A stretch of DNA of 64,000 nucleotides, from assembly GCA_963787125.1 (NCBI GenBank), contig CAWBBV010000005.1:32001-96000 (forward strand). The letters run 5' to 3'. This stretch comes from an uncultured delta proteobacterium (GTDB taxonomy: Bacteria; Desulfobacterota; Desulfuromonadia; Geobacterales; DSM-12255). Below the pieces are notes generated by a model, which had not been told where the DNA came from, did no database searches, and saw only the letters and a program-made list of their open reading frames with translations. The translations under genes were made by a program, and so were the position numbers. This document shows positions 17,886-31,312 of the stretch, piece after piece. The number at the start of each line of letters is the position of its first letter. The first letter of the stretch is position 1.

Positions 17886-18794
17886 TCAAGCTTTTGCTTG
17901 AATACCGCGCTCTTCCCAGAGAGACACAATCGGACTGGCAACAAAAACAGATGAATAGGTGCCGACAAGAACACCAATCAGCAGAGCAAAGGCAAAATCA
18001 TGGATCACTTCGCCACCGAACACAAAAAGCGAACATGCCGCCAGAAAAACAGTCAGAGAAGTTACAATCGACCGGGAAAGCACTTCATTAATACTACGGT
18101 TAAAAATTACGTGCATCGATTCCTTGAGATTCTTATGCAGATTTTCGCGGATCCGGTCGAAGACAACAATCGTATCGGTGAGCGAGTAGCCGGCGATGGT
18201 GAGCACAGCAGTAATGAAAAGGAGATTCATCTCCTTGTTCATAAGGTAAAAGACTGCGAACATCGCCAGGATATCATGAGCAGTGGCAATTATGGCGCCG
18301 ACTCCAAACTTTGAATCAAACCGCCAGGCGATGTAGATGATGATACCGATCATTGAAATAACAATAGCAGTCAGGGTGTCGGTGCGAAGTTTGTCGCCGA
18401 TTGAAGGCCCTATTTCGGTAGAGCTTTCAACGATGAACTGATTACCGGGAATCTCTTTCTTGAATGCATCCTCAATGGCATCAGCAACTTTACCGGTTGC
18501 AAGGGTCGTTTTACCGACTTTTATCAGGAGTTTATTCGCGTCCTTGATATCCTGGAGGCTTGCATCCTTCAGATTGTGCTTTGCCAGAGCCTCACGCGCC
18601 TTGTCAATGCTGACAGCCTGAGTAAACTTGAGCTGGACAGCTGTTCCGCCGGAAAAATCGATCCCCATATTGGCAGCACCACGCGCCATCTGGATAATGC
18701 CGATGAGTCCGACTATGGCTATAATTGAGGAGATGATGAAGGATACCTTCCTCATTCCAATAAAATCTATTTTTGTTTTGCCGATAAGTTCCAT
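17886..18794 (-). CDS. secF: Protein translocase subunit SecF
   Basis: GIDFSGG, GYSLTDTIVVFDRIRE. Confidence 0.97.
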   Translation of the reverse strand: MELIGKTKIDFIGMRKVSFIISSIIAIVGLIGIIQMARGAANMGIDFSGGTAVQLKFTQAVSIDKAREALAKHNLKDASLQDIKDANKLLIKVGKTTLATGKVADAIEDAFKKEIPGNQFIVESSTEIGPSIGDKLRTDTLTAIVISMIGIIIYIAWRFDSKFGVGAIIATAHDILAMFAVFYLMNKEMNLLFITAVLTIAGYSLTDTIVVFDRIRENLHKNLKESMHVIFNRSINEVLSRSIVTSLTVFLAACSLFVFGGEVIHDFAFALLIGVLVGTYSSVFVASPIVSLWEERGIQAKA

Positions 18795-18802
18795 GGTTCC
18801 CC

Positions 18803-20404
18803 CTAAATGCTCATTCTCTTCACGTTCATTCTATTGAGCGCGAAGTCAAAGACCACTTTGGTGGCCACTAGAGACGTAAACAGGTTGATTATGATACCGA
18901 GACTTAAAGAGACCGCAAAGCCTTTGACCGGGCCGGTACCGAACTGAAAGAGAACTGCTGCGGTTATCAAGGTGGTTACGTGGGAGTCCATGATCGTCAG
19001 GAACGCCTTGTCGTAACCGGCGTCAACTGCCGCTATCGGCGGCTTGCCAAGACGCAGCTCTTCACGGATCCGTTCGAAGATAAGGACGTTGGCATCAACC
19101 GACATACCGATCAACAGGACGATAGCAGCAATACCCGGCAGGGTCAGAGTAGCTCCGAGAGCAGCCAGCGCCCCCATAAGGAAGATGATGTTCAGCACCA
19201 TGCCGTAGTTTGCCACCAGACCGCAAACTTTGTAATAGATCGTCATAAAAACGACAACAAGAAGAACGCCGATCAGACCGGCTGACAGCCCTTTTTTGAT
19301 TGAGTCCTGTCCAAGGGATGGCCCGACGGTAACGTTCTGGATAATCTTTACCGGCGCAGGGAGTGAGCCGGCACGCAGAATTATGGAAAGATCGGCTGCA
19401 TCCTTATCGGTAAAAGAACCGGAAATCTGGGCGCTACCACCTGAGATTCTCTCCCGGATTACCGGGGCAGAGTAGATGGTGTTATCCAGAACGACAGCGA
19501 AGCGCTTACCCACATTGGCAGCAGTCACCTGGTCGAAGAGTCGGGCGCCGGTAGAGTTGAATTCTATGGCAACGTAAGGCTGGTTGAACTGGGAATCAAT
19601 CCTTACCTGGGCATCTGTGAGCAGATCACCGGTAATGATTGCTTTCTTCTTTACTACCAGCGGAATTTCAGAAACGGCACCGGTTGTCGGATCGATCTTC
19701 TTCTCAGTGAGAAGCTCATCGTCTTCAGGCACGGAACCAGGAGTGGCAATGGCAGGATTTACATTTTCATCAACGAGCTTGAACTCAAGCCGGGCGGTCT
19801 TGCCGATCAGCTCGATGGCGCGCTTTGGATCCTTGATACCGGGGAGCTGGACAACAATGTTAGTCAACCCCTCTCTGGCAATGATCGGCTCGGAAACACC
19901 AAACTGGTCTATCCTGTTGCGAATGGTTTCAAGCGCCTGGGAAACAGACTTGTCCTTGCGGTCAGCGGCAATCTTTTCATTCATCCGGATCTGCAGCACA
20001 GTGAAACCACCCTCTTCAAACTGGGGCAGGAGTTCCATTTCCGGATACTTCTTTTTGATCATCGCCTGCACTGTCTCAAGAGTCCCCTTGTCATAAAGAG
20101 TCATCTTGACCTTGTCACCACCTTCTCTGGCGATACGTTTGAAGCGCAGGGTCTGGGCGGTAAGCGAATCCTCAAGATCCGTGGCAATAAGGTCCAGCGC
20201 CCCTTCAACAGCCTTGGGAGTATCAACCTCCATTATGAGGTGGGAGCCACCTTGAAGGTCAAGCCCCAGATGAATCTTCTCTTTCGGCAGGATTCCGCTC
20301 CACCAGGACGGCAGTTTGGGGACAAGGGTCGGTGTCATGTAGACAACCGACAGAACAAGGAAAGCGACAATCAAGAGAAAGCGCCAGTTAAATCCTTTTG
20401 GCAT
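18803..20404 (-). CDS. secD: Protein translocase subunit SecD
   Basis: LGLDLQGG, GMSVDANVLIFERIRE. Confidence 0.97.
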   Translation of the reverse strand: MPKGFNWRFLLIVAFLVLSVVYMTPTLVPKLPSWWSGILPKEKIHLGLDLQGGSHLIMEVDTPKAVEGALDLIATDLEDSLTAQTLRFKRIAREGGDKVKMTLYDKGTLETVQAMIKKKYPEMELLPQFEEGGFTVLQIRMNEKIAADRKDKSVSQALETIRNRIDQFGVSEPIIAREGLTNIVVQLPGIKDPKRAIELIGKTARLEFKLVDENVNPAIATPGSVPEDDELLTEKKIDPTTGAVSEIPLVVKKKAIITGDLLTDAQVRIDSQFNQPYVAIEFNSTGARLFDQVTAANVGKRFAVVLDNTIYSAPVIRERISGGSAQISGSFTDKDAADLSIILRAGSLPAPVKIIQNVTVGPSLGQDSIKKGLSAGLIGVLLVVVFMTIYYKVCGLVANYGMVLNIIFLMGALAALGATLTLPGIAAIVLLIGMSVDANVLIFERIREELRLGKPPIAAVDAGYDKAFLTIMDSHVTTLITAAVLFQFGTGPVKGFAVSLSLGIIINLFTSLVATKVVFDFALNRMNVKRMSI

Positions 20405-20448
20405 TCCGGGCACTCCTTTTTTTAGTATAGTGAATATTTACAAAAGGT

Positions 20449-20769
20449 TTATTTATTAATAATTGCGGCGATATGGCCTTTATTGAACTTGATGTTGACA
20501 TTGTTGGCAACTTCCAGTGTTACGATATTTTCATCAACAGCGGTGACCTTGCCGTGCATACCACCGGCAGTTACGACCTGATCCCCTTTTTTGAGCGATT
20601 CCAAAAGTGCTTTATGCTCTTTTGCCTTTTTCTGCTGCGGGCGGATAAGCAGAAAGTAGAAAATTCCGAACATGATAACCAGCGGAACCATGCTCGTAAT
20701 CGCCGACTGTCCACTGCCACCGGTGGCACCGCCAAGAGGTGTGCCCATTGCAAATGCCAAACCGATCAT
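20449..20769 (-). CDS. yajC: Preprotein translocase subunit YajC
   Basis: FYFLLIRPQQK, KGDQVVTAGG. Confidence 0.97.
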   Translation of the reverse strand: MIGLAFAMGTPLGGATGGSGQSAITSMVPLVIMFGIFYFLLIRPQQKKAKEHKALLESLKKGDQVVTAGGMHGKVTAVDENIVTLEVANNVNIKFNKGHIAAIINK

Positions 20770-20838
20770 TTATTGTCCTCCGAAAAAATATTAGATTCTT
20801 TTTTGAATCATGGATATTGCCTCAAAACAGCTCGAATA

Positions 20839-21981
<1,143 letters not shown>

Positions 21982-22036
21982 TTACTGCCTGACAAAGAAA
22001 AAGCACCTGCGTATGAACGCAAGTGCTTTGATTATT

Positions 22037-22111
22037 TGGAGGCGACGGGCGGATTTGAACCGCCGAATAAAGGTTTTGCAGACCTTTGCCTTACCACTTG
22101 GCGACGTCGCC
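22037..22111 (-). tRNA. tRNA-Cys (GCA)
   Basis: GGCGACG acceptor stem, anticodon loop CTGCAAA, GGTTCAAATCC T-arm, CCA end. Confidence 0.97.
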
Positions 22112-22182
22112 GAAACTATGCAGTTTCAAAGAATGCTTTTTATACCCTGTTTGGAAAATGGTGTCAATGCTGAATTGCATTT

Positions 22183-22737
22183 TCAAGCGGACAGGGCTGT
22201 TTTGACTCTTTCGACCCCGGCCTCAATAGCTTTAATATTGGCAGGGATGAACCGGTGATTACGTTCCGGAAGCGTTTTCTTCAAGGCTTCATAAAGCGAA
22301 GGCAATTCCAGAGCCCCACTGGCGGCCACGTAGGCGCCACAGGCCACCATGTTGACCATACGGGGATCGCCGAGATCTATGGCAATCTGGTTCATTGGTA
22401 TCCGGATCAGGGTGACCCCCGGCAGAGACTCCTGTGCAGCTTCAACCAGAGACGAGTTGACGATACAGAAGCCGCCCGGTTTTACCTTGGCGGCATATTT
22501 ATCATAGGACAACTGGTTGAGGATAAGCGCAACTGAAGGCCGGCCGACAACGGGCGAACCGGTATCGCCATCTGCAAATACAACCGTACACATGGCTGCA
22601 CCGCCACGCTTTTCAACTCCGTAGGAGGGGAAAAAGGAGACGTTCAACCCTTCGTGAATTGCAGCATAGGAGAGCAGATTGCCGGCCAGTAGTACCCCCT
22701 GCCCGCCGTAGCCTGCTATAAAAAGATCATTACGCAT
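22183..22737 (-). CDS. 2-oxoacid:ferredoxin oxidoreductase gamma subunit
   Basis: AGYGGQGV, SYGVEKRGG. Confidence 0.92.
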   Translation of the reverse strand: MRNDLFIAGYGGQGVLLAGNLLSYAAIHEGLNVSFFPSYGVEKRGGAAMCTVVFADGDTGSPVVGRPSVALILNQLSYDKYAAKVKPGGFCIVNSSLVEAAQESLPGVTLIRIPMNQIAIDLGDPRMVNMVACGAYVAASGALELPSLYEALKKTLPERNHRFIPANIKAIEAGVERVKTALSA

Positions 22738-22827
22738 CGACACAGCTCCTTGCCCTGAGAGACAGGGTAAGTGCATTAACGAAGCTGCTTTCTGTCATAA
22801 CCTGTGCAGAAAACAGCTTCTGGCGCA

Positions 22828-23571
22828 CTAAAGGTTTTCGGTGTCCTTATAGACACCGAGCGGGAAGTAGGGGATCATTTCACTGGCAAGCCGCTCGTTT
22901 GCGGCTAAAGGCTGCAGGCCCCAGTTGGTCGGGCAGGTTGACAGCGCCTCGATAAAAGAAAAGCCTTTCCCTTCAACCTGATAGCGGAAAGCGGTTTTGA
23001 TCAGTTTTTTTGCGTTGAGAACGTTTTTAGGACTGTTGACCGCCACCCGTGCAGAAAAAGCGACGCCGTCCAGATTCGCCAGTAGCTCGGCCATCTTGAA
23101 GGGGGCCCCATCATTGTTGACATCACGACCATAGGGCGAAGTTGATGTTTTCTGGCCGGGCATGGTAGTCGGCGCCATCTGGCCGCCGGTCATCCCGTAG
23201 GTTGTGTTGTTGACAAAAATCACGGTGATATTCTCGCCGCGATTGGCAGCGTGAATGATCTCCGACATGCCGATGGCAGCCAGGTCACCATCGCCCTGAT
23301 AGGTGAAGACAATGCTGTCAGGACGGGCGCGTTTAACCCCTGTTGCCACGGCTGGTGCCCTGCCATGAGGTGACTCCACAACATCGACATTGAAATAGCC
23401 GTAGAGGAAAACAGAGCAGCCGACCGAGGCGCAGCCGATGGTTTTTTCACGAATGGCAAATTCATCCAGCGCTTCTGCCACCAGGCGATGAATCGAGCCG
23501 TGATGACAGCCGGGGCAGAAATGGGTCTGCACATCTTTGAGGCTGGGGGATCTGTCAAAAACCTGTCTCAT
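22828..23571 (-). CDS. 2-oxoacid:ferredoxin oxidoreductase beta (TPP-binding) subunit
   Basis: [27 protein letters not shown]. Confidence 0.93.
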   Translation of the reverse strand: MRQVFDRSPSLKDVQTHFCPGCHHGSIHRLVAEALDEFAIREKTIGCASVGCSVFLYGYFNVDVVESPHGRAPAVATGVKRARPDSIVFTYQGDGDLAAIGMSEIIHAANRGENITVIFVNNTTYGMTGGQMAPTTMPGQKTSTSPYGRDVNNDGAPFKMAELLANLDGVAFSARVAVNSPKNVLNAKKLIKTAFRYQVEGKGFSFIEALSTCPTNWGLQPLAANERLASEMIPYFPLGVYKDTENL

Positions 23572-24629
23572 GGGTACACCTTCCTGATCTGCTCGAAAAT
23601 CTCCTCAGGCGTCGGTAGAGAGCCTGCCCCCGGCGGACGACCGTAGAACGCCACTTCCGCATCACGCTGGACGGAAAGACGGACGTCGTCAATCATCTGG
23701 CCGGTACTGAGCTCAATGTCGAGGAACAGCTTGCAGCGTCGAGAGAGATCCTGATAAGCCTTTTTAGGGAACGGCAGCAGAGTTATCGGCCGCAGCAGTC
23801 CGACCTGCAGCCCCGCTTCACGGGCCATCTCCACAGCTGTTCTGGCAATACGGGCGGTAGAGCCGAAGGCGGTTACTATCAGCCTGGCATCGTCGGTACA
23901 GTATTCCTCCCAGCGGCTCTCCTTTTCACCAAGAAGCTCATAACGGGCAAGCATCTCCCAGTGAAATTTCTCCATCTCGCCATCGCCCAGCTTGAGCGAT
24001 TTCACCACATTCTGATCGGTACCGGCATGCCAGCCACGCACCGCCCAATTCTTTTCAGGCAGAGCGCAGACGGGACGAGGATTAGGAGATATGGACTCCT
24101 TCATCTGTCCAAGCACCGAATCCGCCAGCACCATGGCCGGGATACGATACAGATCCGACAGGTCAAACGCCAGCATAGTCAGGTCGTACATCTCCTGCAC
24201 TGAAGCCGGTGCCAGCACAATAATCCGGTAGCCGCCGTGACCGCCGCCGCGGGTCGCCTGCCAGTAATCGGCCTGGGAGGCATCAATACCGCCAAGACCA
24301 GGTCCCTGACGCATGATGTCAACAATGACACCCGGCAACTCTGAGCCGGCCATGTAGGATATTCCCTCCTGCTTGAGAGATATTCCCGGACCGGAAGAGG
24401 AGGTCATTGCCCTGACTCCGGCGGCTGACGCACCAAGAACCATATTGATGGCGCCTATTTCGCTCTCGGCCTGGATAAAGGTACCGCCGACCTTTGGGAG
24501 TTCGCGGGAAAGGTATTCGGGAATATCGCTCTGGGGAGTAATGGGGTAGCCGAAATAACAGCGGACACCCGCCTCTATGGCTGCCATGGCAACAGCTTCG
24601 TTCCCTTTGACAAACAGTTTATCACTCAT
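23568..24629 (-). CDS. 2-oxoacid:ferredoxin oxidoreductase alpha subunit (Vor-like)
   Basis: GNEA, GYPITPQ, TSSSGPG. Confidence 0.93.
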   Translation of the reverse strand: MSDKLFVKGNEAVAMAAIEAGVRCYFGYPITPQSDIPEYLSRELPKVGGTFIQAESEIGAINMVLGASAAGVRAMTSSSGPGISLKQEGISYMAGSELPGVIVDIMRQGPGLGGIDASQADYWQATRGGGHGGYRIIVLAPASVQEMYDLTMLAFDLSDLYRIPAMVLADSVLGQMKESISPNPRPVCALPEKNWAVRGWHAGTDQNVVKSLKLGDGEMEKFHWEMLARYELLGEKESRWEEYCTDDARLIVTAFGSTARIARTAVEMAREAGLQVGLLRPITLLPFPKKAYQDLSRRCKLFLDIELSTGQMIDDVRLSVQRDAEVAFYGRPPGAGSLPTPEEIFEQIRKVYP

Positions 24630-24630
24630 G

Positions 24631-24840
24631 TTACTGCTCCTTGAACACCATAATGGCAACATCAGGGCACATCTCGGCACAAAGAGCGCATCCGGTGCAC
24701 TTTTCAGGTTCAGAAAAAACGGCTACCGTGTAGCCCATGCTATTCGGGGTATCGCTCAAGGATATAAGTTTTCTCGGACAGGCGATTGTGCAGAGTCCGC
24801 ACCCCTTGCAGCGTGCCTCGTTGATGACTATTTTTGGCAT
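24631..24840 (-). CDS. 2x[4Fe-4S] ferredoxin (delta subunit)
   Basis: Two CxxCxxCxxxCP motifs. Confidence 0.93.
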   Translation of the reverse strand: MPKIVINEARCKGCGLCTIACPRKLISLSDTPNSMGYTVAVFSEPEKCTGCALCAEMCPDVAIMVFKEQ

Positions 24841-25027
24841 TTTCTTTTCCCGGGATTTTATAGCTGGAGGGCTACGATTTTTAATTTGGTACAAATTAGC
24901 AGAGAGTTTACCTTAGCGTCAACCATTTTATCTCAGCATAATCTGTCTCGTTAGATCAGTCGACTTCAGGGTCGTTTTTTGTTATTGCAACAAGGTTGAT
25001 AGCTGTCTATTCTGGAAAGATTAGAGT

Positions 25028-25076
25028 AATCAGGGGGCAGTCGCCGGGCTTTATTCTGACTACTGATTACTGACTA
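25028..25076. repeat. Heptamer-periodic (CTGACTA) intergenic repeat
   Basis: TTCTGACTACTGATTACTGACTA; shares TATTCTGACTACTG with 39320-39333. Confidence 0.55.
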
Positions 25077-25095
25077 TGAATTCAAGGACTTATCC

Positions 25096-26568
25096 ATGTC
25101 TCTCTCAATACTTATATCCGCAGCAGAAGCGGTTCCTTTTGCTAAAAGCGGCGGCCTTGCAGATGTGGTCGGTTCTCTGCCCAAATATCTGCGCCAGCGT
25201 GGCCACGACGTCAGGCTTGTCATGCCACGCTATTACAGGATTGACAGTGAAACCTTCGACCTCAGACTGCTCCCCGGAGCCCTTGTCGTCCCGATGGGGA
25301 TTCTGGGCAACGAATACTGTGCGGTCTATGAAGGGCGATTGCCTGAGACGGATATTCCAGTCTATTTTCTTGAGCATGAAGGCTATTTCGGCAGAAACGG
25401 CCTGTATGGTGAGGAGAATCTGGAATTCCCCGACAATGACAGACGTTTTATTTTCCTTTCCAAAGGGAGCCTGGAACTGTGCAAGATGCTCGATTTTCAT
25501 CCGGACATTGTCCATGCACATGACTGGCATACCGCCGCGATTCCGCTGCTGCTCAACACATCCTACCGCCTGGATTCTCATGTCGGCAAGGCTGCCTCTG
25601 TGCTTACAATCCATAACATGCAGTATCAGGGGAGCTTCCCGCCGGCAACGATGGAAGTTCTTGACGTCGGCTGGGACCAATTCACGTTTCTTGGGGTGGA
25701 AAAGGATGACCGGGTTAATCTCCTCAAGGGGGGGATTTACAATGCCAACATTCTTAATACCGTCAGTGAAGGCTATGCGGCAGAGATAAGGACACCTGCC
25801 TATGGCTGGGGGCTTGAAACTGTTCTCAGGGAGCGGGCAGGCGACCTGTTTGGGATCCTTAACGGTGTTGATTATACGGAATGGGCCCCGGAAGCAGATG
25901 GTTATCTCGCCGCGCAATACTCCCGAGGGGATCTGCCCGGAAAAAGCATCTGCAAGGCCGACATCCAGAGGGTGATTGGCCTGCCGGTGAGAGCTGATCT
26001 TCCTCTTATCGGGGTTGTCAGCAGGATGGTAAAGCAGAAGGGGATTGATTTTCTTGCAGCGGCGCTTCCGGAAATTTTAACGCTCGACCTGCAGCTTGTC
26101 ATGCTGGGAGAGGGGGAACCGTGGGCTCATTTTTACTTCGGCGGCATGGCTGCAAAACATCCGGACAAGCTGAAAGTCATTATCGGTTACGACAATGCCC
26201 TTTCTCACAAGATAGAGGCCGGGGCAGACTTCTTCCTCATGCCCTCAGCCTTTGAGCCGTGTGGACTCAATCAGATGTACAGCATGCGCTACGGAACGCT
26301 GCCGATTGTCCGGGCAACCGGGGGGCTGGAAGATAGTGTCGAGAATTTCAATGAGGAGAGATTGACCGGGACAGGGTTCAAATTCAGGGATCTTACCCCT
26401 GGAGCCCTTTTCGACACCGTCGGTTGGGCGGTACATACCTGGTACCATCATAAAGACGCCATCAGCAGCTTGGTGTTGAATGCAATGGAGAAAAGATTCA
26501 CCTGGGAGGTTGCCGCCGAGAAGTACGAACGGCTCTATAACATGGCCATCAGCCGGCTTCGGCAATAA
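25096..26568 (+). CDS. glgA: Glycogen synthase
   Basis: [22 protein letters not shown]. Confidence 0.96.
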   Translation: MSLSILISAAEAVPFAKSGGLADVVGSLPKYLRQRGHDVRLVMPRYYRIDSETFDLRLLPGALVVPMGILGNEYCAVYEGRLPETDIPVYFLEHEGYFGRNGLYGEENLEFPDNDRRFIFLSKGSLELCKMLDFHPDIVHAHDWHTAAIPLLLNTSYRLDSHVGKAASVLTIHNMQYQGSFPPATMEVLDVGWDQFTFLGVEKDDRVNLLKGGIYNANILNTVSEGYAAEIRTPAYGWGLETVLRERAGDLFGILNGVDYTEWAPEADGYLAAQYSRGDLPGKSICKADIQRVIGLPVRADLPLIGVVSRMVKQKGIDFLAAALPEILTLDLQLVMLGEGEPWAHFYFGGMAAKHPDKLKVIIGYDNALSHKIEAGADFFLMPSAFEPCGLNQMYSMRYGTLPIVRATGGLEDSVENFNEERLTGTGFKFRDLTPGALFDTVGWAVHTWYHHKDAISSLVLNAMEKRFTWEVAAEKYERLYNMAISRLRQ

Positions 26569-28738
26569 CAAACTGCTTCATCTCTTTTTTCAGAAGCTCA
26601 CTCTGGTTGGAAAGACGTCTGACGGCTTCATCGGTAACCCTGTTAGCGTCGAGCGCACCTTCCGTAGACTGCTGAATTTCGTGGGCAGAGTGCATGATCA
26701 AAGCGCTGCTCTTCGCCTGCTCGTCACTGGCAATCTTAATTTTCCGGATCATGACTGAAATACTTTCCGTCGATTTGCCGATGAACGAGCCGACAGTACT
26801 CTGCTCACGGGTAGAGTTGCGGACCTGTGAGTTCAGGTTTTTCATCTTCTCCGTAGCAGCAATAATCATATCCGCACCGCGCCCCTGCTGGCCGATGGCA
26901 GTCGCAATCTGGGCAGCCATGTCCGAGATTTTTTCAACGGCACTCCTGATCTGCTGACTCTCTTTTGCCTGAGATTCAGTGGTTTTGGCAATCTCAACTA
27001 TCTGTGAGCTCGACGTTTTAACGCCCGAAACAATCTTGGCAAGCGCTTCGCCGGATTGGTAAGAAAGCTGCTCACCATCTTCGATACTCTGTTCGGCAAG
27101 CGTTATGGATTCAACGGCGCGATGAACCTCCTGCTGAACCGCAGCAATTACCTGGGCAATCTCTTTTGTCGAGCTGCTGGTACGCTCCGAGAGCTCCTTT
27201 ATCTCCTCGGCAACAACCGCAAACCCCTTGCCATGTTCACCTGCCTGAGCCGCTATGATGGCGGCGTTCAGAGCCAGAAGATTGGTCTGCTCGGCCACTT
27301 CATCTATTACCTGAAGGATCGAACCGATATCCCTGGCTTTTTCCGAGAGACTTGAGATTGCCGCAGAAGTGATAATTGATGAATTCTTTATTTCAGTGAT
27401 ACCGGCAATAGTAGCCTCGACCGACGCTCGCCCTGTTTCGGCATCACTAAGAAGCCCTTCCGAAATTGCGGCGCTTTCGGTGGCATTCTGCTCAATCTGC
27501 CTGATGGAGATATCCATGGCAGCTACCGAGCTGGCGGTTGTCATTGAAGAACCGACCAGACCGGCGACATTATTGTCGATTGCACGGATAGACGCCGCCA
27601 TCTCGGTTATCGAGGAACTTACCTCTTCAACTGCCTGTGAGAGCGTCTCCACATTAAGCGCAACCTCTTCGATGCTTGCAACCAGCTGCATGGTAGATGA
27701 CGAGCTTTCCGAGGTAGAGAGGAACAGGCTGTCAATCGCCTGGGAGATGCCGTTGATGGAAGAGTTCATTTCTGTGATAGCCGAAGTTGTCTGGAGAACG
27801 CTTCCGGCCTGAATTTCAGCGGTTGTCACATTTTTCTGGGAACCGTCACGGAGAGTTGCAGTGATATTTCCCAGCTCTCGGGCAGATAGCTTGATTTTGC
27901 TGACCATTTCCGACAGCTTTGACGCCATCAGATTGAAGTCACAAACAAGGGTCCCTATCTCGTCTGTCGAGCTATCCTCCAGGGTTACGGTCAGGTTCCC
28001 TTTTGAGCCTTCAGCAAGTGCTTCTGCCATTTTTTTAATTCTGTTGACAATACTTCGGGAAACAATGGTGCCGAAAGCTATCGCTGACAGGATTGCGCAG
28101 ATGATTACAATGATAAGAGTGAGCTGGGCGTTACGCTGGATGGAGGTGGCATCACTGTTGGCCTGTTTCATCAGGCTGTTTACCGTTACCAGCAGTTCAT
28201 CGACCGCTGTTGCGACCTGATCGGTTTTCTCCGGGAGTTCGGTTTTGATTATTGCCGCTATTTCGCTATCTGAGGTGGTCACACCTTTACCTTTGCCAAG
28301 TAGCCCCTCTTTACGCTCTAAAAGTTTCTCACCCGTAGCGCTGAACTCCTTAAACATTGCGACAACCGACTTTGCCCGTTCTTCGAGTGGCGACCCTTTT
28401 TGGGCAGCAGGCAGTCCCAGCTTTTCATTGCCTTTGAGGATGATGTCCAGATAGCCGTTGAGTCGATCCCGCTTTGACTCATAATCGCCTTTGATAAGTT
28501 CAAGATCGTCAATCTTTGTGACGGATGCCGCTTCGACAAGATGGAGACGACACTCCTGCAAGGCGGTCTTCATCAGCACGACCTGATTTGACTGTGTTGA
28601 GCCGGTCATGATGACATCCTGGATGGTATGCCCAACCTTGTTCAGACTCAAAATGCCGAAAAATCCGGTTATACCGACGATTAAAGCCATTATCAGGAAG
28701 AGACCTACAAGCTTTTGGCCAAGCTTGAGATTTTTCAT
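26549..28738 (-). CDS. Methyl-accepting chemotaxis protein
   Basis: Two TM helices, [15 protein letters not shown]...GKGFAVVA. Confidence 0.95.
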   Translation of the reverse strand: MKNLKLGQKLVGLFLIMALIVGITGFFGILSLNKVGHTIQDVIMTGSTQSNQVVLMKTALQECRLHLVEAASVTKIDDLELIKGDYESKRDRLNGYLDIILKGNEKLGLPAAQKGSPLEERAKSVVAMFKEFSATGEKLLERKEGLLGKGKGVTTSDSEIAAIIKTELPEKTDQVATAVDELLVTVNSLMKQANSDATSIQRNAQLTLIIVIICAILSAIAFGTIVSRSIVNRIKKMAEALAEGSKGNLTVTLEDSSTDEIGTLVCDFNLMASKLSEMVSKIKLSARELGNITATLRDGSQKNVTTAEIQAGSVLQTTSAITEMNSSINGISQAIDSLFLSTSESSSSTMQLVASIEEVALNVETLSQAVEEVSSSITEMAASIRAIDNNVAGLVGSSMTTASSVAAMDISIRQIEQNATESAAISEGLLSDAETGRASVEATIAGITEIKNSSIITSAAISSLSEKARDIGSILQVIDEVAEQTNLLALNAAIIAAQAGEHGKGFAVVAEEIKELSERTSSSTKEIAQVIAAVQQEVHRAVESITLAEQSIEDGEQLSYQSGEALAKIVSGVKTSSSQIVEIAKTTESQAKESQQIRSAVEKISDMAAQIATAIGQQGRGADMIIAATEKMKNLNSQVRNSTREQSTVGSFIGKSTESISVMIRKIKIASDEQAKSSALIMHSAHEIQQSTEGALDANRVTDEAVRRLSNQSELLKKEMKQFVIAEAG

Positions 28739-28838
28739 AAGCGACTCCGTAAAATGAGTGAATTATTTGTAAAACTATTTATTAAACAGTCGATTAAAAG
28801 CCTGATATTTATAGCAGAGACAACTGATCAGCTCAAGA

Positions 28839-29723
28839 CTAATCGATGTATCTTTTTATAAGTTCCTGATAGGAGTCTGTCCGCCGATCCCGCAAAAAAG
28901 GCCAGATCCGCCTTACAGCTTCGCTCCTTTCACGCTCCAGAGCAACAACGACAACCTCTTCGCTGGAATGAGACGAGCTGTGGAGAATCTCACCCTGGCA
29001 ACCGGCCACGAAACTATTCCCCCAAAATTCGATTCCACCAACGCTATCTGCCGGATTAGCCTCAAAGCCGACACGATTAACTGCTACCACCGGTATGCCG
29101 TTGGCAATGGCATGACTTCGCTGCACAGTGATCCAGGCGTCAAGCTGCCTTGCCTTCTCCTCTAACGAGTCAACCGGATCCCAGCCGATAGCGGTCGGAT
29201 AGATAAGAAGCTCTGCGCCTGCAAGGGCCATGAGCCTTGCGGCCTCAGGGTACCACTGATCCCAGCAGACCAGCACACCAAGCTTGCCGATTGATGTCTG
29301 TACCGGTTTAAAGCCAAGATCCCCGGGGGTGAAGTAGAATTTCTCATAAAAGCCCGGATCGTCAGGGATATGCATTTTGCGGTAGATTCCGGCAATGGAG
29401 CCGTCACTCTCTATGACAACTGCAGTGTTGTGATAAAGGCCCGGAGCACGCCGTTCGAAAAGTGAGGTAACGATGACAATACCGAGCTCACGGGCAAGGG
29501 CGCCGAAACATTCGGTTGACGGCCCAGGAATCGCTTCGGCAAGATCGAAGTTAACGGCAGCTTCAGTCTGACAGAAATAGAGCGAGGTATGAAGCTCCTG
29601 GAGGACCACCAGTTGAGCGCCGCGCTCTTTGGCCTCACGGATCATTGCGACGGTTTTGGCAATATTTGCGGCCGGATTGTCGTAGCAGCGCTGCTGAACC
29701 AGAGCTACAGTCAGAATATTCAT
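28839..29723 (-). CDS. aguB: N-carbamoylputrescine amidase (carbon-nitrogen hydrolase)
   Basis: LQEL, YRKMHIPDDP, VCWDQWYPE. Confidence 0.88.
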   Translation of the reverse strand: MNILTVALVQQRCYDNPAANIAKTVAMIREAKERGAQLVVLQELHTSLYFCQTEAAVNFDLAEAIPGPSTECFGALARELGIVIVTSLFERRAPGLYHNTAVVIESDGSIAGIYRKMHIPDDPGFYEKFYFTPGDLGFKPVQTSIGKLGVLVCWDQWYPEAARLMALAGAELLIYPTAIGWDPVDSLEEKARQLDAWITVQRSHAIANGIPVVAVNRVGFEANPADSVGGIEFWGNSFVAGCQGEILHSSSHSSEEVVVVALERERSEAVRRIWPFLRDRRTDSYQELIKRYID

Positions 29724-30760
29724 GCAAGTGCCCCTTTTGGCAACTGCATGGTGAGGCAGTGCAGTGAGCCGTGCTGAAGAATTATGCTACGACAGTCGAT
29801 CCCGATAATCTGCCGGTCCGAAAACGCCTGCTGTAGCGCGGCAAGAGCTGCTGCGTCGCTGTCATCGTTATATGTCGGCACAAGTACGGCACCGTTAATG
29901 ACCAGAAAATTCGCATAAGTCGCCGGAATCCGCTCCCCCTCCAGACCATGACAGGCCCGGGGGAAAGGGAGCGGTATCAATCTATAGGGATTGCCTGTTC
30001 TGGTACGGAATGACTCCAGCTCACTCTTCATGGCAGCAAGAGCTGCATAATGCTCATCGGACGGATCATCGCAGGCAACATAAAGAATGGTATCATCCGG
30101 GCAGAGACGGGCCAGAGTGTCGACGTGAGAGTCGGTGTCATCTCCTGCCAGGTAGCCGTGATTAAGCCATAAGAAGCGATCAGCACCCAGTTGCGCTGCA
30201 AGCTCAATTTCAAGCTGCTCCCTGGAGAGATGGGCATTTCTGTTCCGGCTCAAAAGACATTCTGCGGTAACCAGGAGTGTTCCCGCGCCATCGGCTTCGA
30301 TGCTGCCCCCTTCAAAAATAAGAGGTAAGGTCAGGAGATTACCGTTAAAAACCTCTTTTTCTGCCAGCAGACTGTTCAGTTGGTTATCAAGGTTGGCCGG
30401 GAATTTTAAACCCCAGCCGTTGAAGCCGAAGTCGAGCAGCAGCGGCTCGCCGTTTTCGTAAACTGTTATCGGCCCGAAATCCCTTGCCCAGGTATCGTTG
30501 GTCGGCAGATTGACGAAGGTTACGTTTGGAAAGTTTGCGCCTGCGGCGTTTAACATACTGTCAGCTGCCCCGCTTTCGGGAACGATCAGAATAACTCGCT
30601 CGAAACCGCTGATGGCAGCTATTATCGCGGCAAATACCGGTTCAACCAGGTTAAGGACTGAGTCCCAGTCACTGTTTTGGTGCGGCCAGGCCAGCAGGAT
30701 TCCGTCTTGCTCTTCCCATTCGGCCGGGAGCCTTCTTGTTTTTACAATCTCATTATTCAT
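29720..30760 (-). CDS. aguA: Agmatine deiminase family protein
   Basis: PAEWE, DTWARD, EGG, HVD, GSLHC. Confidence 0.9.
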   Translation of the reverse strand: MNNEIVKTRRLPAEWEEQDGILLAWPHQNSDWDSVLNLVEPVFAAIIAAISGFERVILIVPESGAADSMLNAAGANFPNVTFVNLPTNDTWARDFGPITVYENGEPLLLDFGFNGWGLKFPANLDNQLNSLLAEKEVFNGNLLTLPLIFEGGSIEADGAGTLLVTAECLLSRNRNAHLSREQLEIELAAQLGADRFLWLNHGYLAGDDTDSHVDTLARLCPDDTILYVACDDPSDEHYAALAAMKSELESFRTRTGNPYRLIPLPFPRACHGLEGERIPATYANFLVINGAVLVPTYNDDSDAAALAALQQAFSDRQIIGIDCRSIILQHGSLHCLTMQLPKGALA

Positions 30761-30892
30761 AAGAGGAGATTATAAGGACGGAGTTGCCACGGGTCAATTT
30801 TTTCGTCGGTTTACAGATAAAATAAATGCGGTAATATTTCATACAGGCTTAAATTAAAATAAAGATTCGCTAATTTTAACGGAGGTAAATTT

Positions 30893-31246
30893 ATGAACGA
30901 TTGTGAAATCAAACAAAATGCGATGGTTGGCGGGATAATGCTGATAGCCGGCGGGCTCCTTGGCGCAGCAGCAGCGTTGTTGTACGCACCCCAGTCGGGC
31001 AGGCAGACAAGGCGGGATATTTCCCGCTACAGCCGGAAGGTCAGACGGCAGACTGAAGACATTGTCGATGATTTTGCCGGAAATGTTAACGGGATGGTGG
31101 AATCGATAGGCGAGCGCGCCGAAGACATTCTCGATAAAGGCAAGGATCTTGCCCATGAGGCTAAAGTAGAGCTGATTAAAATAATTGATGAGGGCCAGGC
31201 AAAACTTGAAAAACAGAAAGCGCGGCTGGCTAAGATTATCGGATAA
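30893..31246 (+). CDS. YtxH domain protein
   Basis: GAAAALLYAPQSGRQTR. Confidence 0.88.
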   Translation: MNDCEIKQNAMVGGIMLIAGGLLGAAAALLYAPQSGRQTRRDISRYSRKVRRQTEDIVDDFAGNVNGMVESIGERAEDILDKGKDLAHEAKVELIKIIDEGQAKLEKQKARLAKIIG

Positions 31247-31312
31247 AAATTTCCACTTTACAGGAGTTTATGGTACAAACCCCGTTAGTACATGCTATTA
31301 GCGGGGTTTTTA

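Noticed and set aside
22037..22111. tRNA-Cys as an island integration site
   Set aside because: Flanked by housekeeping genes; no integrase or duplicated 3' end seen
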